Shown here: piece after piece, positions 29,745 to 41,000 of the stretch | How positions within the stretch are numbered: position 1 is the first letter of the stretch | Layout: each line of letters begins with the position of its first letter | Origin: a virus | Taxonomy: Duplodnaviria; Caudoviricetes | Reading direction: 5' to 3' (one strand) | Length of the DNA stretch: 64,000 bases | IMG/VR virus record: IMGVR_UViG_3300006143_000333 | Span: 64,959 to 128,958 of that record | The notes under the pieces: model-generated | What the model was told of the DNA's origin: nothing | Database searches by the model: none | Seen by the model: only the letters and a program-made list of their open reading frames with translations | Translations under genes and position numbers: made by a program

Positions 29745-30770
29745 TTGGATGTAAAAGAATTAAAGAATTACATATATGAAAACAGATATGTTGAGCAAAT
29801 CCTAGAATCCATTGGTTGCCACCATATCAAATACCATGCTTCAAATAGTTATTGGACTTGTGCAAACGCAACAGGAGATAACAATGGAGCAATTGTTTTA
29901 TATAACAGCGAGTATTTAATGTGTCAGAACTATACAAGACAGATGATTAGAACTAATCGAAAAACAGATATTATTGATTTGGTGTGTTATACAAAGGATT
30001 TAACTTTCCCTAAAGGTTTGCAGTTTATATGTGATGAAATTGGAATGTCTTATTACCACGACTTTGAAGAAGACATTCCAGAAAGTTTTAAGATTCTGAA
30101 AATGATAGATGACATGAGTTCTAATACAAATATAGAAAAAGAGAAACCATTAAAACCAATCAGTGAAAGTGTGCTTTCCTATTATAAAAGATATGGAAAC
30201 GATTTGTTTTATGAAGATAACATAGATTATTCCACGCAAAAAGAATTTGAGATTGGCTTTGATGAAGAAAGTAACAGATACACAATTCCTATTCGCTCAG
30301 AGCTTGGTGATTTGGTAGGAATTAAAGGAAGATATTTTTATAGAGAAGTTCCTGAAGGAGAAAACAAATATATTTATTTAGAACCATGTGCAAGATCGAA
30401 AATTATTTATGGATTATATAAGACTATTGATTATATAAAATCATCTGGAAAGATATTTGTAGGAGAAAGTGAGAAATTTTCACAACAGCTATGGAGTTAT
30501 GGATATAGAAATAGTGGAGGAACTGGAGGCAAGGAATTATCACAACATCAGATAGATATGCTTGTTAGGCTTGGAGTAATGATTATTTTCTGTTTTGATA
30601 AGGATGTTACAAAAGATGGATTGGAAAAGTTAGCTGATAGATTTCCTGATGGGGTTCCTCTGTTCTATATATATGATGAAGACAATGTTTTGAACGAACA
30701 TGAATCACCTTCGGATAACCCTACAAAGTGGCAGTATATGGTAGAACATAATGTTTACAAATTGAGATAG
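29745..30770 (+). CDS. DNA primase (TOPRIM)
   Basis: TIPIR...GIKGR, FVGESEK, FCFDKD. Confidence 0.8.
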   Translation: MDVKELKNYIYENRYVEQILESIGCHHIKYHASNSYWTCANATGDNNGAIVLYNSEYLMCQNYTRQMIRTNRKTDIIDLVCYTKDLTFPKGLQFICDEIGMSYYHDFEEDIPESFKILKMIDDMSSNTNIEKEKPLKPISESVLSYYKRYGNDLFYEDNIDYSTQKEFEIGFDEESNRYTIPIRSELGDLVGIKGRYFYREVPEGENKYIYLEPCARSKIIYGLYKTIDYIKSSGKIFVGESEKFSQQLWSYGYRNSGGTGGKELSQHQIDMLVRLGVMIIFCFDKDVTKDGLEKLADRFPDGVPLFYIYDEDNVLNEHESPSDNPTKWQYMVEHNVYKLR

Positions 30771-30776
30771 AGAGGT

Positions 30777-32552
30777 GTGAATTTGCAATATAAATTATAT
30801 GAAAACGGAAATAATGATACTTCTAATGTGTTAGCAGAAGTTCTTAAAAATAGAGGAATAGATGATTATAACAGATATTTAAACTTAAATGAGAGTGTCG
30901 TTGAACCATATCAGAATTTAGACCATATTGAAGAAGCAGTAAATCTATTCATGAAGCATTTTAATCAAAAAAGTAAGATTGGAATATTGGTGGATGAAGA
31001 TCCAGACGGATTTTGTTCTGCAGCAATGATGTATTTATACATCAAACAAATGGATAGTAAATATCCTGTTGGTTATATATTGCATGGAAGAGCAAAGGCA
31101 CATGGGTTATCAGACGATGTAGTTATTCCTAAAGATATACAGTTATTGATTATTCCAGATGCCGGAACAAATGATAATGAGCGGTGTAAAGAATTATCTG
31201 GGAGTGGTATTGATATTTTGATTTTAGATCATCATGAAAAGGAAGAAAATAATCCATATGCACTGATTGTCAATAATCAAATGAGTAATGATTATTCCAA
31301 TAAAAATTTGTGCGGAGCTGGAGTTGTATATCGTTTCCTTCAAGCATTGGATGAAGAAAATTGGAATGAATTTGCAGATGATTATTTAGATTTGTGCGCA
31401 TTGGCGAATATCAGTGATGTAATGGATATGCGTTCTTTTGAAACACGCTATTTAACAGACATGGGGTTATTAAATATTCAAAATAAGTGTTTTAAAGCTC
31501 TTATAGATGCACAGGATTATAGTATGAGTGGCAAAATCAATGTGCATAACGTACAGTGGTATATTACACCTATCTTAAATGGGATGATTAGAATCGGTTC
31601 CCCAGAGGAAAAAGAATTACTATTTAGAGCATTTATTGAACAGGATGAGTTTTTTGAATATAAGAAACGTGCCACTAAAGATAAACCTGCTGAAACAATA
31701 CAGGAAAGTATATATGATAGAGCAGCCAGACTTTGCAAGAATGCAAAAAGTAGACAAGATAAGCAAAAAGAAAAATGTGTATCACAAATTGCAGAGATTG
31801 CACGACATATTCCACAAGAAGATAAAGTTGTTATGATTGATACCTCTGATATTCTTGATAATGGCTTAACTGGCGTTGTTGCTATTAAAATTGCTGAAAT
31901 GTTTAATAAACCATGTATCTTACTAAACAAATTTTTAGATAAGAAAACAGGGAAGATTACATATGGCGGTAGTGCGAGAAATATTGATAACAGTCCTATT
32001 GATAGTTTCAAGGATATAGTCAACAGTACAAATATATTGGATGGTAGAGGTCATGCCAATGCTTTCGGTGTTGTCGGTTTAGAGATAGATAAAAAAGATG
32101 ACGCATTAAATAGACTCAATGATATTTTGCGAGATGTCGAGTATGATTCTACATACCGAGTTGATTTCATTATGGACATTGATGATGTGAATATAAAAAT
32201 TGTTACTGAATTAGCAAGGCTTGAGGATATTATTGGACAAGGTATTGAGGAACCAATGCTTGCTGTTGAAAATATCAGCCTTGCAAAAGAACAGTTTGAG
32301 ATATTTGGTAAAAATGAAGATACCATCAGTTTTATGATTGATGATATTAAATATATCCAATTCAAATGTAAAGAAGGTAATCAACTGTATGACTGGCTTC
32401 AAAATGCCTGGGATGAAAATGATAGTGTTGTCTTTAATATTGTGGGGAAACCATCAATTAACGAATATAACGGTGTCATAACACCGCAAATAATTATAGA
32501 AGATGTTGTGGTGGTAAGTACGAATAATTCAGATGACGAGGAAGAATGGTAG
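30777..32552 (+). CDS. RecJ-like DHH ssDNA exonuclease
   Basis: DEDPDG, LDHH, GSAR, GHANAFG. Confidence 0.9.
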   Translation: MNLQYKLYENGNNDTSNVLAEVLKNRGIDDYNRYLNLNESVVEPYQNLDHIEEAVNLFMKHFNQKSKIGILVDEDPDGFCSAAMMYLYIKQMDSKYPVGYILHGRAKAHGLSDDVVIPKDIQLLIIPDAGTNDNERCKELSGSGIDILILDHHEKEENNPYALIVNNQMSNDYSNKNLCGAGVVYRFLQALDEENWNEFADDYLDLCALANISDVMDMRSFETRYLTDMGLLNIQNKCFKALIDAQDYSMSGKINVHNVQWYITPILNGMIRIGSPEEKELLFRAFIEQDEFFEYKKRATKDKPAETIQESIYDRAARLCKNAKSRQDKQKEKCVSQIAEIARHIPQEDKVVMIDTSDILDNGLTGVVAIKIAEMFNKPCILLNKFLDKKTGKITYGGSARNIDNSPIDSFKDIVNSTNILDGRGHANAFGVVGLEIDKKDDALNRLNDILRDVEYDSTYRVDFIMDIDDVNIKIVTELARLEDIIGQGIEEPMLAVENISLAKEQFEIFGKNEDTISFMIDDIKYIQFKCKEGNQLYDWLQNAWDENDSVVFNIVGKPSINEYNGVITPQIIIEDVVVVSTNNSDDEEEW

Positions 32553-32560
32553 GTGATTGA

Positions 32561-35500
32561 TTGTTTACACTTTTACATATACATACAACTAAAGGTTCTC
32601 TGTTAGATTCCATATTGACTGTTGAAGAGGCTGTTAAATTTGCAAGTGAAAACGGTATGAAAGCTATGGCTATAACGGATCATGGGAGTATGGCTTCATT
32701 TGTAGATTTTGTTAAAGAGTGCAATAAATATAATATCAAACCCATAATCGGAAATGAGATTTATGAAGTAGATGATATGTGGAAAAAGGCAGATACAAAA
32801 GAGTACACTCAGCCACGCTATCATTTAATTTTACTTGCAAGGACTCAGGAAGGATATAAAAACCTTATCAAAATCACATCTGTATCAAGAACAGAGGGTC
32901 TTTATAAGAAACCAAGAATTGATATTAAGTATATACAAGAAAATGGTCTTGGGAAAGGTATTATCTGCTTAACAGCTTGTCAAGCTGGGCGGTTGAGTAG
33001 ATACCTTGTAAATGACAAATATGAAGAAGCAGAACAATATATTAATAAACTGAAAAATACATTTGATTATGTCGTTTGCGAACTTCAATCACATAATACA
33101 GAAGATCAGGCAAATGCAAATCAACTGATTTATGATTTCTCACAGAAACACAATCTGCCATATACGATTACGACAGACGCACATATGTTAAGTGATTCCT
33201 TCAAAGAATCACACGCAATGTTTGTTGAAATAGGGGAAGGGAGAGAAGTAGGAGAAAGTTATACAGACTGCTATTTACAGACTGAGAATGAGATATACGA
33301 AAAGTTATCTGACCAATTTTCAGAAGACATTATAAGAAAAGGCATTGAAGAGTCTGTAAATATAACAGACATTATTGAAAACATTGATATTGGTCTGAAT
33401 AAAGGTAACATCATGCCAAAAATAAATATTGAAAATGGCTATGATAATCACGAAGAATATTTGAGATATTTGGTATTCAAAACCTTTGATGAAAAATTTG
33501 GTCATATGTCTAAGGAAGATCAGGAGATAAGAAGACAAAGGCTTGAAACAGAACTGCCAGTATTATATGCAGTTGACTATACGGATTATTTCATTATGCT
33601 GTATATGCTTGCAAAAGAGGCAAGAAAAAGAAAAATACCATTGGGGTATTCCAGAGGTTCAGGAGCAAACTGTTTATGCCTATTTATGTTGAATGTGACA
33701 CAGATAGACAGTGTTAGATGGGATTTAGACTTTTCACGTTTCGCAAATCTTGGCAGAAAATCTATGGCAGATTTCGACTGGGACATATCAAAGCGAAGAA
33801 GAAAAGAAATGGTTGAAATATCTGAGGAGTTATTTGGGAAAGAAAACGTGGCTCCTATTGCTACATTCAATACACTAAGTACAAAAGTTGCAATTCGTGA
33901 TATTGGAAAGGTATTGGATGAGAAAGACTATTCCCCATACTACAAACAGATTCCGTATAAATTGCGTGACGAAGTTGCAAAGATGATCCCTACAATCAAG
34001 ACGCTAAATGATTTAGGAGAAGAGGAAGAGAAAGACGTTCTGCTCAAAGATATTCTCAATAAGAATGAAAAGTTGAAAGAAGTATATGAAAAGTTCCCAC
34101 TTTGGTTCAAGTATGTCATGGATGTTGAGGGTTTACCTAAGTCAATGGGAAGACACGCAGCAGGAACACTTATAACACCTACTCCAGTTACAGATTATTG
34201 TCCATTATGTTATGATTCTGAAAAAAATATTATGATCGAGTTAGAGATGCATAATGCTATGGATGATTTGGGGCTTGTCAAGATGGACTATCTTGGTCTG
34301 GAGACTCTTGATATTGTTGATGACACGCTAAAAATGGCTGGTATTACATGGGATGATGTTGATATTAACCATTTGAATTTAGAAGATAAAGAAGTTTTTG
34401 AAAAAGTATATAAGAATGGCAATACAGTTGGTATCTTTCAGATGGAATCGGCAGAAGGAAGACGAATGTGTATTGAAGCAAAAGCGGATAACGTAGAGGA
34501 TGTTATTGTTGTCAATGCAGCCAATCGTCCAGGAACAAAAGAGAGTTTTCCAACATATTGTCAAAATAAACTAAATCCAGAAAATGTAAGCATTTTGCAT
34601 GAAGATTTAAGAGAGTTGTTTGGAAAAACACATTATATATTGCTGTATCAGGAACAGGCATTGCAATTATTCAGACACGCAGGGTTCCCAGAAGAACAGG
34701 TTGATAATGCAAGAAGAGCTATCGGTAAGAAAAAGAAAGAAGTAATGGAACAGCTTGAAGTAGATTTCAGAGCTGGTCTTACTCAAAAAGGATGGAACAA
34801 TGAACAGTTGATTGAGATTTGGCAGTTAATGCTAAAACAGGCAGAATATTGTTTTAATCGTGGTCACGCTGTTGCATATGGTCTATTATCTTATCTTACT
34901 GCATATTTGAAAACTCACTACACAATTTATTTTATGGCAGCACTACTTACATCTAAAAGCGACAAGGTACAGAAAATTAGTATCGTAATCAACGACTGCA
35001 AGAGATTGGGTATCAAAGTGTCTCCACCAAATGTTAATAAATCAGATATTGAGTTTACTGCCCTACCAGAAAATAATGAGATTTTGTTTGGATTATTGGC
35101 TGTAAAAGGTCTTGGCGAGTCTATTGTTGATAAGATTATTGAAAATAGACCATATCAGAGTATGAATGATTTTATTGAGAAAGTTGCTGATAAGACAGCA
35201 ATCATTACACTAATTAAAGCTGGTGCTATTCCAACAAAAGATAAAATGCTTTCTTTGAAGAAATATGCAAATAGACTTTTTGAAAGAAAAGAATATAAGC
35301 CAGTAACTACATTGCCATCTCCATATTCAAAACTTATACCTTTTGGATTGAATGTTGATGATTACAGGGACGGTAAAAAAGTAAATAAGGAAGCATTACT
35401 GATAGATTATAACAAAGCAAAAGAGAAATTATTTATAGAAGAACAGAATCAAAAATATAAGAATCACATGATAGAGTTTCAAGAAAAATATGCAAAAGAT

Positions 35501-35878
35501 GAATATATGTGGGAATTTGATACATTGTCTATGTTCCTGACGAATGACCCGTTAAAAGATGCCTACAAATATACAAAGACAGATTGGGATATGGTAGAGA
35601 ACGGAGATAAGACTACATTATTCTGTGTCATTGTTGATATTAAAAGAAAGAAAGATAAAAATGGAAATCAATTTGCATATTTAGACCTGTATACACCATT
35701 TGGTATTGTTGAAGCAACTATATGGTCAAGCCAGTTAAAACAATATAGCGATGACATTAAGAAAGGAAATTGTCTTGCAATACTCGGAAGAAAGAGAGAA
35801 GAACATTTCTTTGTAGAGAAAGTAAAACCATATAATACTTGGTTGGATCAGATGAGGAAGAAAGGAGTGGCAGTATAA
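32561..35878 (+). CDS. dnaE: DNA polymerase III alpha subunit
   Basis: PHP domain (LHIHT, TDHG), SRGSG, DFDWD, KMDYLGL, FNRGH. Confidence 0.95.
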   Translation: MFTLLHIHTTKGSLLDSILTVEEAVKFASENGMKAMAITDHGSMASFVDFVKECNKYNIKPIIGNEIYEVDDMWKKADTKEYTQPRYHLILLARTQEGYKNLIKITSVSRTEGLYKKPRIDIKYIQENGLGKGIICLTACQAGRLSRYLVNDKYEEAEQYINKLKNTFDYVVCELQSHNTEDQANANQLIYDFSQKHNLPYTITTDAHMLSDSFKESHAMFVEIGEGREVGESYTDCYLQTENEIYEKLSDQFSEDIIRKGIEESVNITDIIENIDIGLNKGNIMPKINIENGYDNHEEYLRYLVFKTFDEKFGHMSKEDQEIRRQRLETELPVLYAVDYTDYFIMLYMLAKEARKRKIPLGYSRGSGANCLCLFMLNVTQIDSVRWDLDFSRFANLGRKSMADFDWDISKRRRKEMVEISEELFGKENVAPIATFNTLSTKVAIRDIGKVLDEKDYSPYYKQIPYKLRDEVAKMIPTIKTLNDLGEEEEKDVLLKDILNKNEKLKEVYEKFPLWFKYVMDVEGLPKSMGRHAAGTLITPTPVTDYCPLCYDSEKNIMIELEMHNAMDDLGLVKMDYLGLETLDIVDDTLKMAGITWDDVDINHLNLEDKEVFEKVYKNGNTVGIFQMESAEGRRMCIEAKADNVEDVIVVNAANRPGTKESFPTYCQNKLNPENVSILHEDLRELFGKTHYILLYQEQALQLFRHAGFPEEQVDNARRAIGKKKKEVMEQLEVDFRAGLTQKGWNNEQLIEIWQLMLKQAEYCFNRGHAVAYGLLSYLTAYLKTHYTIYFMAALLTSKSDKVQKISIVINDCKRLGIKVSPPNVNKSDIEFTALPENNEILFGLLAVKGLGESIVDKIIENRPYQSMNDFIEKVADKTAIITLIKAGAIPTKDKMLSLKKYANRLFERKEYKPVTTLPSPYSKLIPFGLNVDDYRDGKKVNKEALLIDYNKAKEKLFIEEQNQKYKNHMIEFQEKYAKDEYMWEFDTLSMFLTNDPLKDAYKYTKTDWDMVENGDKTTLFCVIVDIKRKKDKNGNQFAYLDLYTPFGIVEATIWSSQLKQYSDDIKKGNCLAILGRKREEHFFVEKVKPYNTWLDQMRKKGVAV

Positions 35879-38151
35879 ATTTGTTTGAGAACGATGAAGA
35901 TATTTTGAAATTTAAAGCAGTCATAACTTATGAACGCTACTATAACTCAGATACCACTTGGGGCGTATATGGTTTTTACACAAACGATGATATACCTCAA
36001 TATACAAAAGAAACAAAAATGGATTTACCATTTGAAGATAGGAAAGAAGTCGATCCAGATAAAAAGTTTAGTTCTTTGGCTGGCAAAATGCAGGAATTGG
36101 TTGTCGGTGGAGAATATATGGTAAAGGCGAGGTATAAGTATGACAAAACATATGGTCATCAGTATACACCAATAGCCATATATGCTCTTATACCACAAAC
36201 AAAAGAGTCACAGTTAATGTTTCTGCAATCCATTATTTCACCTTGGATTGCGGAGAATTTAATAAGTGTGTACCCGAATGTAGTAAATGATGTGGCAAAT
36301 GGCACGTTAAAAGAAATTGATTATGATTTAGTAAAGGGAGTTAGAGAACTTACTTGGAACAGGATTAAGGACAAGATCATCAATAATTATCTGATTTCAG
36401 ACATTATCACAATGTTAAAGCCATTAGGAGTTACATATACGATGATTAAAAAACTTCTAACAGATGAACCTAATCCGGCATTATTAAAACAGCAATTAGA
36501 AGAAAATCCTTATATACTTACAAAAATTAATGGGCTTGGGTTTAAGAAAGTCGATGACTTGGCATTAAAATTGAAGCCAGAACTCATAAATACAACTGAA
36601 AGATTGGTTGCGTTTATAAAATACTATTTCACAGATTTGGGAGAAAGTAGTGGTCATACTTGGTGTTCAGTTAAAATTCTAAAGTCGGCAATAAGTAATA
36701 GTGTTCCTGAGTGTGCCGATAAAACGGATTGGTTATTGGAAAACAATGAGTTTTTACACATATCAGAAGATAGAGTAGGGCTGAAATATTATCACGATAT
36801 CGAAATGCAGATTTATAATATACTGCTTGAAAAGTCTAAGAAACAGACGGACATTAATATCTCTGATGAAAAAATAGAACAGGCGATCAGAAATGCAGAA
36901 GAAGAACAAGGATTTCAATATGTAGTAGAACAGCTTGGCACAATCAATAAAAGTTTACATAGAACAATCAGCCTAATAACTGGAAAAGCTGGCACTGGTA
37001 AGACTTCCATTATGAGAGCGATTGTAAAAGCATATACAGAGAACCAATTTACATTAACGGCATCTGCTTTATCAGCTATGGCAGCACAGAGAATAACTGA
37101 AGCAACATCATTTCCTGCTATGACGATTCATAGGACATTAGGATGTAAAGGTTTGAATAAGTTTGATTTTAATAAGGATAATCACTTGATTACAAGCGTT
37201 GCATTTCTTGATGAGGGAAGTATGGTAAATGCCAGTTTATTTCTCCATTGGTTAGAAGCTATTGATGATAACACAAGAATTATTATTTCTGGTGATCACA
37301 AGCAGTTACCGCCAATAGGATTTGGTAATGTATTTTCAGATTTGATAGAAATGTTTGATGATACAGTGGTAAGCAAATTAGTGAAACCGATGAGACAAGC
37401 TGAGAAATCTGGTATTTTAGTAGACGCAAATCTAATCCGTGAAAATATCAACCCTATAACTGAAAAGTTACAACCGAGAATTATTCATGGTGAGTTACAA
37501 GATATGTATTATATGTTCCGTACAAATAGGCAGTCATTGTTTGATATTGCAGTTAAGACATTCCTAAAATCGGTAGAATCTGATGGAATTGATAATGTTG
37601 TTATTGCAGTTCCACGAAGAAAAGATTGCTTGAATAGTACAAATGAGTTAAATAAAACGATTCAGGAAAAGTTGTTAGGAGATGTATTGCAAAGTATATC
37701 TGGTTTTGAGATGACATTTAAATTGGGTGCTAAAGTAATGCAGACAGTAAATGATTACGATAAGAATGTGTTTAATGGAGAAATAGGATATATAACAGAA
37801 ATCAGTGAGAGACAAAATGGTAAAAAGAAAGAAGAGTATTGCGTAGTAACATATACTGATATTTTTGGTAAGGATAAATTGATTGAGTACACAAAGAAAG
37901 AACTGGCAGCTTTGGATCTTGCTTATGCGATGACGGTACATAAGTTACAGGGAGCCGGTAGAAAGATTGTGATTGGTATTATTGATAATACGCACCATCA
38001 GCTTTTAGACAACTGTATGTTATATACACTACTGACAAGAGCAAAGAAGAGATGCTTATTATTGGCAGAGCCACAAGCATTTTTACAGTGTATTCGCACA
38101 AGTCATAATAAACGGAACACATGGATGATGTTAGAAGAAAAAGTAGCATAA
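35875..38151 (+). CDS. RecD2-like helicase (start ATA 35875 or TTG 35881)
   Basis: GKAGTGKT, DEGSM, GDHKQLPPI, AMTVHKLQG, YTLLTRAK. Confidence 0.9.
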   Translation: MNLFENDEDILKFKAVITYERYYNSDTTWGVYGFYTNDDIPQYTKETKMDLPFEDRKEVDPDKKFSSLAGKMQELVVGGEYMVKARYKYDKTYGHQYTPIAIYALIPQTKESQLMFLQSIISPWIAENLISVYPNVVNDVANGTLKEIDYDLVKGVRELTWNRIKDKIINNYLISDIITMLKPLGVTYTMIKKLLTDEPNPALLKQQLEENPYILTKINGLGFKKVDDLALKLKPELINTTERLVAFIKYYFTDLGESSGHTWCSVKILKSAISNSVPECADKTDWLLENNEFLHISEDRVGLKYYHDIEMQIYNILLEKSKKQTDINISDEKIEQAIRNAEEEQGFQYVVEQLGTINKSLHRTISLITGKAGTGKTSIMRAIVKAYTENQFTLTASALSAMAAQRITEATSFPAMTIHRTLGCKGLNKFDFNKDNHLITSVAFLDEGSMVNASLFLHWLEAIDDNTRIIISGDHKQLPPIGFGNVFSDLIEMFDDTVVSKLVKPMRQAEKSGILVDANLIRENINPITEKLQPRIIHGELQDMYYMFRTNRQSLFDIAVKTFLKSVESDGIDNVVIAVPRRKDCLNSTNELNKTIQEKLLGDVLQSISGFEMTFKLGAKVMQTVNDYDKNVFNGEIGYITEISERQNGKKKEEYCVVTYTDIFGKDKLIEYTKKELAALDLAYAMTVHKLQGAGRKIVIGIIDNTHHQLLDNCMLYTLLTRAKKRCLLLAEPQAFLQCIRTSHNKRNTWMMLEEKVA

Positions 38152-38155
38152 AAAT

Positions 38156-38203
38156 TGTCTATATATAGCGGTTTGCAAAACTCAAAACCACTATATATAG
38201 ACT
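38156..38203 (+). promoter_or_regulatory. tandem NrdR-box-like pair
   Basis: tgtctatatatagcgg and ccactatatatagact, 32-bp offset. Confidence 0.55.
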
Positions 38204-38247
38204 AAGTATGCCGATGAAATAGGACTTTCAAGTGTGTGTGCAAAGTA

Positions 38248-38940
38248 TCATTGTAAGGTATCGTGGATACATATCTTACAAAAAAGTCTTCCTAATTCTG
38301 TTAATTCGATTTTAGTTGAATAACCTTCACTAGACTTTATAAATGAAGTTAATGCTTCATGGTTGCCCCAAGATGCTGTCATTATTTTTTCATGAATATC
38401 GGACTTAATTAATCCATTATGTTCTAAAACTGATAATGAAATTAAGAATTTGTATTCATTTTCTATATCTAATTTTATAGAACTGCCCTCATCAATTTTA
38501 TATATTTTTTCCATTAATTCTGCATCTGAAGAATTTAGTTGAGAAATTATATTTATAAAAATAGGATGAACATTTTGTTCTGTTGTTCTATCTAAAGATT
38601 TAGAAATTAAATTGCTAAACATTTTTCTGAGTTCCTCTTTTTCAACACAGTATTTAGCTTCTTCTAATGCTTTAGCAATAATTTGAATGTCTGGCTCTAC
38701 CTTTATATCTTCTGGAATTTTAGATATTTTTTCTTTTAGCTCCTTTTCAAATTCCTGAAGAGCGTAAGCGTATTTCAATTTACGTTTCTCAGCAGATTGG
38801 GAAATACCTCCAAAAACAAGATACCAAATATCAGCAAGCGTGGTTCCCATGTTTTGCGTTGGTTTATCGGTAATGTTTTTAACAGCATTATCAACAGAAT
38901 CAGGAACTAAGTCGATTAATGATTTTTTATCTTCTGACAT
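38248..38940 (-). CDS. DUF4393/Abi-alpha-like protein (antisense moron)
   Basis: EELRKMFSNLI..VHPIFINIISQL..LTELGRLFCKIC; SD ggaggt. Confidence 0.7.
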   Translation of the reverse strand: MSEDKKSLIDLVPDSVDNAVKNITDKPTQNMGTTLADIWYLVFGGISQSAEKRKLKYAYALQEFEKELKEKISKIPEDIKVEPDIQIIAKALEEAKYCVEKEELRKMFSNLISKSLDRTTEQNVHPIFINIISQLNSSDAELMEKIYKIDEGSSIKLDIENEYKFLISLSVLEHNGLIKSDIHEKIMTASWGNHEALTSFIKSSEGYSTKIELTELGRLFCKICIHDTLQ

Positions 38941-39018
38941 ATATGTAACCTCCAAATAGTTTTATAGAAGTATTATATAACAATTTACAAATCAAATAAA
39001 GTAGAAAGGAACAAATTT

Positions 39019-39345
39019 AGAAGAGTAGAAAACATAGAAGTAACATTCGATATTCCAGTACATTTTGGACAGCCAGATAAAAATGGATATGTTTATACAA
39101 AAGAATCTTGGGAAGAAGCTGTGAAAAAAGCGGCTGATATACCTACACCAATTGAAATCATTAATGATGATGGTACACGGACAGCATTAGGTGTAACTCA
39201 AGATATAAAACTTGTAAAAGATGGAGATGAAGATATCATCAAAATTTCTGGAATATTATTTTATGGTGGAACTTCTGAAAATGTTGAATTCACTAAAGAT
39301 GTCATTACTAATGTGACTTTAAATGGCATCGGAATTACGAAGTAG
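39019..39345 (+). CDS. hypothetical protein, start uncertain
   Basis: Frame open from ~39001; RBS gaaagga but no standard start after it. Confidence 0.5.
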   Translation, partial: RRVENIEVTFDIPVHFGQPDKNGYVYTKESWEEAVKKAADIPTPIEIINDDGTRTALGVTQDIKLVKDGDEDIIKISGILFYGGTSENVEFTKDVITNVTLNGIGITK

Positions 39346-39402
39346 GTGTGAAATGTAAGAAATAATACTAGACACAAATTAATGGTGTGAGGTGGTTATA
39401 GA

Positions 39403-40611
39403 ACGAAAGTACAAAGGTCAGAACAAAAAGTAATTAAAAGAGATCATCCCAAATTCAAGATAATTGATGAAATGTGTTTCCGTTCTAAGAATCTATATAA
39501 CGAAGCAAATTATATAATTCGTCAAGAATTTATTAAAAATGGGAACTACATCAATTATTATAATTTGAACTTTGAATTTAAGACACATGAAAACTACAAA
39601 TTGTGTTTCAGTCAACCAGCAAATTGTACTTTACGGCTGCTTGATAAGAACTGGAAGTCATACTTCAAAGCAATTAAGGATTGGAAAGAGCTTCCTGATA
39701 AATATTTAGGAATGCCCAAACTTCCAAAGTATCTTCCTAAAGATGGTAGATTCCCTTGGATGATACCAAACAATCAACTTGTTTATGATTATGAAAAATC
39801 TACCATTTATATAAGGAATCGTCTACTGAATGATTTTGATTGGAAATGTAGATGTTTAGGCAGACCAATACAAATACGTTTTATTCCGAAAGGAACTTGC
39901 TATGTTATGGAGATAGTTTATGAAATAGAAGTTCCAGAACAACCGTCTGAAAGCAAACATATAGCTGCTATTGATATTGGGGTGGATAATCTTATAACAA
40001 TGTCAAACAATATCGGCAAAAAGCCAATTATTGTTAATGGTAAGGTTTTGAAGTCCATCAATCAGCAATATAACAAGCAAAGAGCTAAACTGCAATCTGA
40101 ACTGAAGAAAAGGAATAACAGGAATTGGAGTAAACGTCTTGATTCTTTAACATTTAAGAGATTTTGCAGAGTCAAAAATTATATGCATAATACATCAGCT
40201 TTTGTTGTGAAGTGGTGCAAAGAAAACAACATTGACACTTTAGTAATTGGCAAGAATGATACTTGGAAACAGAAAAAGAAAGGTATGCAAAATTTCGTAT
40301 TTATTCCTTATGAGATGTTATTAGGACAACTGAAATATAAATGCGAAAATATAGGAATTAAATATGTAGAAGTAAATGAGGCATACACATCAGGAACAAG
40401 TTATTTGGATGACGAACTGCCAACAAAAGAGAATTATAACAAAGAGAGACGTATTCAAAGAGGATTATTTCAGGCAAAAGATATGTTAATTAATGCGGAT
40501 GTCAATGGAAGTCTGCAAATTATGAGCAAGGTATTCCCAGATTCCTATACAGGATATGGGATAGAGGTGGATCTAACGCCTACCATTATAAATGTTGCGA
40601 AAGCAACGTGA
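39403..40611 (+). mobile_element. tnpB: TnpB-only IS200/IS605-family (IS1341-like) element, probable ACG start
   Basis: NLYN, IDIGVDN (RuvC-I), EAYTS, INADVNG (RuvC-III); hairpin at 40623-40640; no tnpA nearby. Confidence 0.88.
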
Positions 40612-40675
40612 TTTATGGTAAATGGGGTTATAAAAACCCAATAGAAGATAGGTTTCAAGTACACAAAGAAAGGAT

Positions 40676-40945
40676 ATGAAAATGGAAGGAAATAAGAGTT
40701 ATATACAACAAATCGCTAATATGCTTGGTGTGGAAATTAATGAAGAATTTAAAATAAGACCAACAGAATACGGAAAAGTTTTAGGTTGTAAAGAGATTGA
40801 TAAGGTATTTAGATTTGATACTGAATTAGTATACAAGGGATATAATGATGGTTGGTCTGAATGGTGGGGATATGAGTGCGATAAATATTTGTATTATTTA
40901 ATTCTTGGAAAGTATGAAATAGTTAAAATTAGCGATGCGGAATGA
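40676..40945 (+). CDS. hypothetical protein
   Basis: IANMLGVEINEEFKI pattern; RBS gaaagga. Confidence 0.7.
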   Translation: MKMEGNKSYIQQIANMLGVEINEEFKIRPTEYGKVLGCKEIDKVFRFDTELVYKGYNDGWSEWWGYECDKYLYYLILGKYEIVKISDAE

Positions 40946-41000
40946 GGGTTTATAAATAAAGAAATGGCAATGAATCGCTCGTTTTAAGGAGGAAATTTAT

